Source: Hormiphora californensis
Lineage: Eukaryota > Animalia > Ctenophora
Length of the DNA: 64,000 nucleotides
NCBI GenBank assembly: GCA_020137815.1
Contig: CM035360.1
Location: 930,001-994,000 of the forward strand
Direction: 5' to 3'
Shown: positions 54,421 through 64,000 of the stretch, in pieces
How positions within the stretch are numbered: position 1 is the stretch's first letter
Layout: each line of letters begins with the position of its first letter
Notes under the pieces: generated by a model
Told to the model about the DNA's origin: nothing
What the model saw: the letters and a program-made list of their open reading frames with translations, nothing else
Database searches by the model: none
Made by a program: the position numbers and the translations under genes

Positions 54421-57400
54421 CCGGGTTTAACACGGGTCCGGAAGTTTCTCGACATTTTTTAAACCCCCTGACTTCTCCCCCCCGTACTTTTTTTTATTTA
54501 TTTATTTTATAACCCCTTTCCCACCTTCCTGCTTGCCACTAGGTTTTCCCCAGGGTTCAACGGGTTTTCCTTTTCCTGTTCCTGATAAGTTGACCCTTCT
54601 TTTGACTCCGTTCCAGATGGGTTTGGGGTTCTTTTCCAGATAGTTTAGAGGTCCTTTTTTCTCCGTCCCCATGAGCTTTTTAAATTTCCCCTTTTTAAAA
54701 TTTTCCCCCTACTTTTTAAACCCCTAGTTTAAAATTTTTTCAACCTACCCTTATGTACTTGTTCTACCCACCCCTTTACCCCCCGCAAGGGGGCCCCCCG
54801 GGCCCCCAGAAAACCAACAAGGGTCCGGGCCCCGGGGGATTTAACCCCCTTTTTTTCCCCAAAGGGGCCCCTTTAAAGGGGGCCCCCTGTTGGGGGTTTG
54901 GGGGCGTTTTGTGGACCGTAGGAAAAGGAACGGAGAGAAAGGGGAAAAAGAAGAAGAAGAGGGGAAAAGGGAGAAAAGAAAGAAGGAACCTTTTTTCTGG
55001 ATGATGTAAGGGGGACGAGGGAAAAAAAACAAAATTTTACACCTCTAACATGACTCGTTCGTTACGTTCATTTCGTTTCACTTTTTCTTGTCTCAGACAC
55101 CAAAAAAGGGGTAATTTTTTCCCCCAAAAAAATGCAACTCAAAACTGTCCCTGTTCCATTTCCATCACCCTGACCTCCCAGTTTTCCAAATGAACTGGCT
55201 TTTCAGGCCCGGCCTTTGTCTCCTCACTAACCCCAAAGGGTACATTCTTGGGGGGAAAATTAGCTCTTCTCCCTCACTAAAAGCCAAATTTAAAATCCGC
55301 CTCAAATCCCAAATTTCGAAAAATTATCTCTCGGTCAACGCGAGCATCCCCCCCGGAAACGCACAGCCAAATTTTTGGTTAGGGCTGAAAATTTTTGGCC
55401 AAAATCGCCCCAAAACTTTGGTTTCGCATTTAAATTAAATTTGGGAAACTTTTACTTTGCCTTGGTGTTTGTAAAGGAGCAAACAATCACAGACAAATTC
55501 TTTTCATTACTCTTTCGTTAGGGGGTTTGCATTTTTTTTCATTTTTTTCTTTCCGACAAAACCAAAAAAGGGCTATTTTCCTCAATAAAATGCAACTAAT
55601 CTGTCTCTATTTCCATTTCCATCACACATACCTCCCAGTTACCACTGAACTGTCCTCGGGCCTGGCCTAGTCCCTCCTAAACTCACTACATATGTCCTCT
55701 CTCAATTGTTTCCTCCTCATTCCTTGCCCCCCCCCCCTGTCACCCCTCCAATATTCCTCTCTCAAGACAAAAACCACTACCACTGTTTGAAAACCCCCCC
55801 CCCCCCCCGTTACACCATTGCCCTAAATATAGAATCCGTGACTGATGTTTCCCATGTACCACCATGTGTAGTTTTAAATTTTTTCCCCAAAAAGGTTGTA
55901 TACCAGCTCCACAGCTGGTATGTTGAGATTGGGGGGTGGGGACTTTTTCCCCTTTTACTTTACTAAAGAGTAAAAAGGGGGTGGGGGGATATATGGATCA
56001 ATTTCCCGGAAAAGTTAGGGGGGGGTTGGGGGGGGGGGGGGTCGGGTTTTGGTTGGGAAACCCTTTGGGGGAGGGTGGGGGTTTTAATTTTTCCTCTTTT
56101 CTTTTTCCCTCTTTTCCTTTTTTTTCTCTCTCTTTCCTTTTCCCTTTTCTTTTTCCTTTTCTCTTTTCCTCTCTCTCCCCTCTCGCCCTCTCCTTTTCTC
56201 CTCTCTCCTCCCCCCTCCACCCTCTCTCTCTTCTTCTCTCTTTTTCCCTTCTCCCCCCTTTTCTCCTCTCTCTCCTCTCTTCTCCTCTCCTCTCTCTCTT
56301 CTCTTTTCTCCTCTCCCCTCTTTCTTTCTCCTCCCTCCTTTTCTCTCTCTCTCTCTCTCTTCCCCTCTCCCCTCTCTCTTCCCACTGGCCATCCCCCCTA
56401 ACTATTCCCCTTTTTGTTACATCCCCCTCACTCCTCCCTAAACAACAAGATCCTGGCAGGGGGTCCAGATCTCGTGCTCCCCTCCCCCATGCCCATCCCG
56501 GTCAATCTCGTTCTCCTATCCACTCCCCTTTTACTCGTGTGCTCTACCCCCAGTTTACTCGCGTGCTCTTCTCTACTTTCATTCGTGAGCTGGCGTGTAC
56601 CATGGCTCCATCTAGTCTGATTACAATTGGGAAGAGTATTGGCTACACATAATCATGATAATGAGAAGAGCCCCCCTAATTAACTACCTGGCAACCCATA
56701 TTGAAAAGAGCCCCCCCCCCCCTAATTCTACCTGGGAAAATTATATTGCTGTTAATTGGGTTAGTGTATTTGGGTAGTGGAAAAGTTAATGGCCCTTACA
56801 CTATACGTGGCCAACCACCCCGTTACCCCCTTTCCCCTGTCTGATTTTTGATCAAAAGTGTGTACACCATGTTCGCACATACTCACTAATAACATTCAAC
56901 GGGGGAAAAAAATTTCCTGCCTAAACCCCATCTTTTAAATTGCCTAAGCCATCGGGTTTTAAAAAATTTAAACCCTGTCGGTATACCCTAACAAGGGAGG
57001 AGTGACCGATTCTTTGTTTGGAACGACTCCCCCCCCAAACAAAAACCCCCCCCCTCGTCAAGGTAGGATATTTTAGAGGGGGGAAAGGAAAAAGAGGGAA
57101 AGGGAAAGAGAGAAGGGGTAGGAGAGGGGGGGAGGAACTAATTTAAAGGGGAAGAGGGGAAAAAGGGAAAAAGGAAAAAAACCCTTGAGAAAAAAGGAAA
57201 ACCGTTTTTTCCGGGGGGGTAAGTACAGGGGGAAAAAAACAAATTTTTACACCCCGGCACACCAACCCCGGGGAAAAGAGACAAGCCATGTATCTTCCAG
57301 GGACGTACCAGTTACTTTTTGGAACAAATCTATCTCCCTCCCTATCTTTTTTTTTCTCTCCTTCGTTCTCTCCACTATCTCTGTCTCCCTTTTTTTCACT

Positions 57401-57433
57401 TCATCTCCCTCTCTTCATCCTTCACTCTACTAG

Positions 57434-57724
57434 TAAAGTCTTTGATCAAGTACCGGCACTGAAATCACTTCACACCTATGTCAACAGAATACAGCTCCAG
57501 CTGTACAACTTCTACCAACAAAAACAAGGCAAAATTTTACATAGTCAAGTCAACAAAAAAACTTTTAGAATAGCTTTCCTGCTGTGATTCCAACATTCTA
57601 ACATCATACATTTTTCAGAAGCCCTCTCAAGCATCCGAGGTGGTCAGTATGGAAGGAGAATACGAACAAACAAAGTGGTCATCACCCTCCTCTGAGAAAA
57701 AGAAAAAGAAACCTACATACTCAG
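57434..57724 (+). CDS. Two putative internal exons, possibly the continuation of the CAS-like gene
   Basis: KVFDQVPALKSLHTYVNRIQLQLYNFYQQKQ and KPSQASEVVSMEGEYEQTKWSSPSSEKKKKKPTYS, each after a polypyrimidine-AG; the first donor would be GC. Confidence 0.45.
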
Positions 57725-57957
57725 GTAATAATGAATGGTGTTCATTCTGCAGAATATTGTCCCAAAACTACCAGAGTTATGGTAGTCTTGGGGCAAAATG
57801 TGGGGTTATTTCTCGTGGCTGATCTGCTAGCTATAAAACTAATGTGTTTCTGTGTACCCAGGAAAATATTTATCGCTCCGTAAGTCCTCCAGCATAGTTT
57901 ACATGTTACAATTCTCTCTCGTTATCACCAATCTCTTTCTTCAAAGATAGTTGTTCA

Positions 57958-58065
57958 CAGGAACCGACCGAAATAAGTAAACAGCCAATCAGAACTCGTT
58001 ATTTAGGTCACGTGACTGGTTATCAGCCAATCAGGGACCATTATTTCCTGATTCGGTCGGTTCCT
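57958..58065. mobile_element. MITE family B copy (reverse orientation)
   Basis: caggaaccgaccgaa...ttcggtcggttcctg. Confidence 0.8.
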
Positions 58066-58511
58066 GTTCAGTAGACTTCCGCTGTTTTATCCTCCAAGCT
58101 GTTTCTTGATCCTATTTAGCAGTTATTTCGTTCATTGTGATTCAATAATAATGCACGTGAAGCAACACAGATCTAATTTACAACATTTTTAGCACAGCTC
58201 CTTATAATGTGACATCTTGAAATTTTAATTTTAGAAAGTTCCTACACTGTCAAACACCTAGTTATGGACAGACTCACTGTCTTTATTGGGGGCCAAGTGA
58301 CACTTTCCTTGACTATTTTCTCTGGCTTTCTCTATCTATCTCTCTCTTTTCTCTATCTCTCTCTCTCTATCCCCCTTTCTCTCTCTCTCCAATTACCTAT
58401 CAAGAGACATGCACGTGTGATAGTAGTTCAGTTGAGACTCGATTATGAAGTAGGTGTTGGCAAATTTTGGCAGCTTTTCTCTCTCCCTCTCACAGTACTA
58501 ACAAGTGCGTT

Positions 58512-58558
<47 letters not shown>

Positions 58559-59358
58559 CTTCTCTCACTCTCTCTCTCTCCTCTCTCTCTCTCTCTTCGT
58601 CCTCTCTCTCTCTCTCTCTCTCTTCTGTCTCATCTCTCTCTCTCACTCTCTCTCCATCCGCTCTCTTTCACTCTCTCTCTCTCTCTCTCGTTCTCTCATT
58701 CTCTCTCTCTCTCTATCTCTCTCTCTCCCCATCTCTCTCTCCCCCTCTCTCTCCCTCTCTCTCATCTCTCTCTCTCTCTATCTCTCCTCTCTCTCTGCCT
58801 CTCTCCTCTCTCTCTCTCCCTCTCTCTCTCCTCTCTATCTCCTCTCCTCTCTCGTCTCTCTCTCCGTCCTCTTCTCTCTCTTTGATTTCCATCTCCCTCT
58901 CTCCTGAAATAATCAACACCAACTTTACCCAATTACCGTACACACACAACATACAACTTTACCAGCACAGCATGAACTATTCTGGTACTTCACATGAACA
59001 AAATTCCCAGAATTAAACGCACAGATTCCCTAAACTCCGATCCCGTTTACATAGTGTCTTTAGCTATCCCCGAAACCAGTTCGACCACGTACAGAATTCA
59101 CGTGTCCAATATACTGTGTCCACAACAGCTGCAGTACGTGTCTGTGATTTAGTAGAGGTGTATTGCGTGCTGAAAGAAACCTAAAAATGCTGAACCTAGA
59201 GCTGAAATTGAAAGGAAGTGAGCCTAGAACAAGTAGTAAAACTTAGCGTCTCTCCGTGCGTGTATTTTCGGCAGAAAAGGAAGCCTACCAAAAGAACTAA
59301 CAGCTGTTTTCTAGCTCGATAATAATAAATTGTAGTAGATAGAGTTAAAATGTATATA

Positions 59359-60854
59359 CACGGTGTCCCTTAAGGAGGTGAAACCTCGACTAGATAAAGT
59401 TTTTTGGAGACCGGACCTAGGTTACGTATTTTTGACCGAGGAATCCGAAAAACATAAAATTAAAATCGAAAACGTAGCGGTTTTTGCGTTTAAAACGGCA
59501 AAAACTGTCATTTTTCAGCGATTTTCGACTTTTTTACGCTTTCTAGAGATTTTAAAATATTTCCTTACAAGATATGATCTTGTGCTTCTAGACTAATAAA
59601 TACAATCGATTTGCCTACAAATTGGTCCGGGTTTGTGTGATTTGGTCAAAAGCTCTCTTTACTGTGGCCCATCAAAGATGGCTACTCTGCAAATACGTTT
59701 TTGGCTCCTGTGGCCGCAGATGTAACCAAAAGAAGATTTATTATACACCCAAAATTTGCGTCTTCTGAAGGCGAACAACCTGTTTTTACGAAATTTGATT
59801 TCATGCAGGCGTTCAAAAATTACAGCCGAAAAACTGGTACAGTGGATTTCGGAAATACCCCTACTTCAATAAACCCTAATCCAGATAAGATTTCGAAAAA
59901 TATACATCTTCGTACATGAAAATGAAGCTCAGACAAATGCCAACGTGATGCAAAAACGGGAAGTGTGTAACTTATTTCGTTTAGAAGCTATAGCGAAAAT
60001 AAAAGTGCTTGTATTGCCTTGAAAACATCCTCTAAAAGCCCTGAAAATAGCAAATCTGTCTAAAAATGCAATACGAATAAAATGTCACCTCCAGTGCACC
60101 AACTTAGCCCCCTGTGGACAGAATTTGTTTGAAATTGTCAGAAATTGTCTGAAAGTATGGTTTTTAGAGGGTGTTTTCAAGGCAAATACAAGCACTTTTA
60201 TTTTCGCTATAGCTTCAAACGAAATAAGTTACACCACTTCCCGTTTTTTGCATCACGTTGGCAGTTGTCTGAGCTTCATTTTCATGTACGAAGATGTATA
60301 GTTTTTGGAAATCTTATCTGGATTAGGGTTTGTTGAAGTAGGGGTATTTCCGAATCCACGTACCAGTTTTTCGGCTTGTAATTTTTGAACGCCTGCATGA
60401 AATCAAATTTCGTAAAAACCAGGTTGTTCGCCTTCAGAAGACGCAAATTTTGGTGTCTAATAAATCTTCTTTTGGTTTACATTCTGCGGCCACAGGAGCC
60501 AAAAACGTATTTGCAGAGTAGCCATCTTTGATGGGCCACAGTAAAGAGAGCTTTTGACCAAATCACACAAAACCCGGGACCAATTTGTAGCAAATCGGAT
60601 TGATTTTATTAGTCTAGAAGCACAAGATCATATCTTGTAAGGTAAATATTTTTTAAAAAACTCTAGAAAGCGTTTTAAAAAGCGAAAATCGCTGAAAAAT
60701 GACAGTTTTTGCCGTGTTTTACGCAAAAACCGCTACGTTTTCGATTTTAATTTTATGTTTTTCGGATTCTCGGTCAAAAAATACGAACCTAGGTCTCGGG
60801 TCTCCAAAAAAAACTTTATCTAGTCGAGGTTTCACCTCCTTAAGGGACACCGTG
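59359..60854. mobile_element. Large foldback Tc1/mariner-type non-autonomous element (~690-bp inverted arms)
   Basis: ta-CACGGTGTCCCTTAAGGAGG...CCTCCTTAAGGGACACCGTG-ta; arms ~59359-60045 and ~60160-60854. Confidence 0.92.
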
Positions 60855-61311
60855 TATATATAGAGTATAATTTATATACTATAAACACTGAATTTGGCAA
60901 AGGCCATGTGTTAAATATTGTCCCCGAGGGTCCAAGATTAGTTGTTCATTGCCCGTTCATTTACCCTTCCTCGCCATTGTGCCGTGGGAAAATATTTGAG
61001 AGGGGGAGAAAGAGAGGGGGCATCGAGAGGGGGGGCAGGAAGAGGGGTACATGAGCAGCTAGTAAAAGCGAATCTTAATTTATTTGGCTAAATCAACATC
61101 AATATGGGTCGATACGACTTGAGAGGTAATTTAAAGTGGGTCTACAGTCAGCTTTCGGACCATGACACCGCCTATTTTGTGCCTTCACCGTTCACGGTGT
61201 CACGGTCAGAGTGTAGTTGGTTTGTTATTATGCGTGTGTCATATATGCGGCATTTGTTTGCTTTGGAGAAGCAAAAGAAGGGTAAAGAATGCATACCTAA
61301 CTTGACCTTCT

Positions 61312-61377
<66 letters not shown>

Positions 61378-62222
61378 GTTTCTTTTACCCTCTTGGAACA
61401 TTGGCCCTAATAATATTATTACTATGTCGAGTCCCATTATCCATTACTTTTAATGGACCGTGAAGGTAGTAGAAAGCCAACAATATTACGCCTGACCGGG
61501 GGCCAGAGATACAGAGAGATCGTGGGTCAGGGAGATAGAAGGGCCAGAGATGAGAGAGAGGGGAATGAAGAATAAAGGGGACGATCAAAAGATAATGAAA
61601 GGGCGTGGTGGTAAGGTGGCATTTTAATCTACCTCCCCCACTCACAATGAGAGTGTGATGTTACGTCACCAATAACAGAGCTAGTCCTGCTGAAAAGGAA
61701 GTAGAACTATAGAAGTTGTATTCTCTGACCACTACTTAGGGGGAAGGATCAAGGTCATAGACGACTCTGCCCCTATATGGAGTCTGTCATGTGTCCAATT
61801 AGACGGTATTGAGTCTTTAAGTAAAAAAACCTTTTCTTTTACTAGAGTTATGTGAATGTATTACAGGGGTATTACACGCAGTTCATTCACCAATGACTGT
61901 GTAGCTGGATTGTGTTAGAAAACCGAGTCTCCGATTACCGCGGCCGTATATCAAATTTGATAAGCTCACCACCAGCCGTCCAATAGGAAGTCAGGGTTAT
62001 TAGCCAATAGGAAGTCAGTATACAGGTCACGTGATCTGAATGAGCCAATCAGGATCCAGAAACAGTGCTAGACGTGCGATCTGTGTGTTGGTCGGTGGGT
62101 TTCAAGAGGAAAGCAAAAGTGTATACAGCCGAATTACGCTCAATCCAGCGTTTTATTTCCTGAATGCACTCGTCAAATGAAGCCTCCTAAACAAGACCAT
62201 GATTTATCATGTTTTTCCTCAG

Positions 62223-62456
62223 AAGTACCAGGAAGTTGCAGATATTATCCACCATGTACCCCGATATTATCAGACACGTGTATCCGAACCCATGTACCGT
62301 GCTCTTTTACAAAGTTAGAAAGAAACGTGATTCACGTACCAAATTAATGGGTAACCACATGTTACAAACCATGAAACTAACATTCTCCCCTTTTTTCAGC
62401 GGTTGATCAGCTTCCCAAGTTCTTCTCCAGTCTGACGCTCAGGAAAAACAAACCAG
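62223..62456 (+). CDS. Two phase-compatible putative exons of unknown gene
   Basis: 62223-62313 and 62400-62456 splice in frame to KYQEVADIIHHVPRYYQTRVSEPMYRALLQTVDQLPKFFSSLTLRKNKP. Confidence 0.45.
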
Positions 62457-63192
62457 GTAAAGATATCTTGTTTTGTTGTCTGTACTATATTACTTGTTCT
62501 AAGTTCTGTATATTTATGTTTAGTTCTAACCCTTTAAAAGTAAGGGTTAGAACTATTTAAAAGTAAGGGTTAGAACTATTAACATTTTCCAGCTCACCAA
62601 CCGTTACTTAGATCATTATTGGGACTATATAAAACATATAGTTTGAGGGTGGGAGTGAAAGACTGATTTTGTTACAATTTAATCATGTGTGTTACACTCA
62701 ATATGCTCTAAGGAGTGTAATATATGCCACCTTATTACAATGTCACCCCCCCCCCCCTCATGTCATGCTTTATAGGGATTAATCATGCGGGGCCCAAATA
62801 GTGTATGTGAATGTACCCTAGGGGGTTATGCTTTTAGGAGCAGGAAATTGGCAGGTAATTGTGGGAACTGCTGCTGCAATGTAATGCTGGGAAATAAAGG
62901 GTCGCATGAAGCTATCTGGAAGACAATGGGATTCCAGAAAGAGAGTTAGAGATTCCATAGCAATAGAGAGAAATCTTGGTCGGTTGAGGGAAAGAGAGAC
63001 TAGAGAGGGAGTGTAGAGATAGATTTAGTCGAGGGACAGGAAGGAGTTCTGATGATTGACACACTGTATCCTAGCACTGTATGTCTCCTTCATTGTAACA
63101 GACGGTTGTACACAATTTATTTGGGCACGCTAAGCCGCACATTCATTACAGTACTGCAGGAAGTTGGGGCGCATCCCTACATAATACAGCTA

Positions 63193-63324
<132 letters not shown>

Positions 63325-64000
63325 CGCCCTCCCTATGGCAACATATTTGGTCCCCAGCTCCTCTCTACGGCACATATTGTAATAATGGGTGATATAAATC
63401 GTATTAACCGGACATCCTAGATAACCCTCTCCGGGAGAGGGAGGGGAGAGGCTCACCCTCCCCTCTCGCTGTAGCAATTTTATCACAATGCCCTCTGTAA
63501 AGAATATTATGTGAACAAGATGCTGTTCATTTTATCACTTTCATTCCTTTTTTTTGGGTTCTCCTACCTTTCTAATCTACCACCATCATTAAAATTCTTT
63601 GACTTTATAAATCAAATTCCTTATTTTTTTCATCGCTTCACTCTATGCATCTCTCTCAAGTCGAGATCAGTCTCAACACACCTTTCAAGTTTTTAGGCTC
63701 CACCAAGACTCTTTTTTCTATATCTCTCTATCTCTCAAGAATCATGATTATACCCCATATGAAAATAATATGATTGTATCAGAGGTCTAAGCTTCTTTAC
63801 AACTCATATATTGAATATGAAGACAGGAAAGGTGTACAAAGTGACATCTTCTTAGTAGAAAAAAAGCAATATAACCCTAGAGCATTGTACAATTTTAACT
63901 GTCACCTATCTCTCTCTCACAGATCTGTGTCTTTGTCCGTTCGTCACTGTATATAGTATTCCTGCTTGGGAAGTATAATAATGCACTGAAGAAACTTGGG

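Larger units (their letters stand above)
46600..57300. other. Low-accuracy (unpolished long-read-like) sequence
   Basis: Abrupt excess of homopolymer runs of all four bases; recognisable coding motifs broken by frequent indels. Confidence 0.85.

Noticed and set aside
46725-57300. Numerous G/P/K/F-rich ORFs
   Set aside because: Products of homopolymer-inflated low-quality sequence and CT tracts.
58264-59016. SL/ER-repeat ORFs here and at ~13.1, 25.0, 30.1, 32.6, 61.1 and 63.1 kb
   Set aside because: Translations of (CT/GA)n microsatellites.

Overview
Eukaryotic (animal) genomic DNA with short GT-AG introns, compact gene spacing, long (CT/GA)n microsatellites and many transposons. The style suggests a non-bilaterian marine invertebrate such as a ctenophore, but that is inference. 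Spliced genes read by eye: a DD3-3-like secreted protein (-) with a CR1/L2-type LINE in one intron, the 3' half of PCCB (+), maspardin/SPG21 (+), prefoldin 1 (-), a C2orf68/UPF0561 homolog (-), a secreted Ig/Kazal/VWD-like protein (+), PITHD1 (-), an unknown acidic protein (+), a Ly6/uPAR-like GPI-anchored protein (+) and a CAS/p130Cas-like SH3 adaptor (+). Mobile DNA includes a Penelope-like element with 841-bp inverted arms, each carrying a hammerhead-ribozyme core, inserted in a ~470-bp satellite array; an R4/Dong-like retrotransposon buried in a low-accuracy stretch (~46.6-57.3 kb); and several MITE/foldback families. The most unusual pattern is repeated tandem duplication ('echoes') of splice acceptors/donors and branch-point motifs in several genes. 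No prokaryotic systems or CRISPR arrays are supported. Exon coordinates were derived manually and may be off by a few bases.
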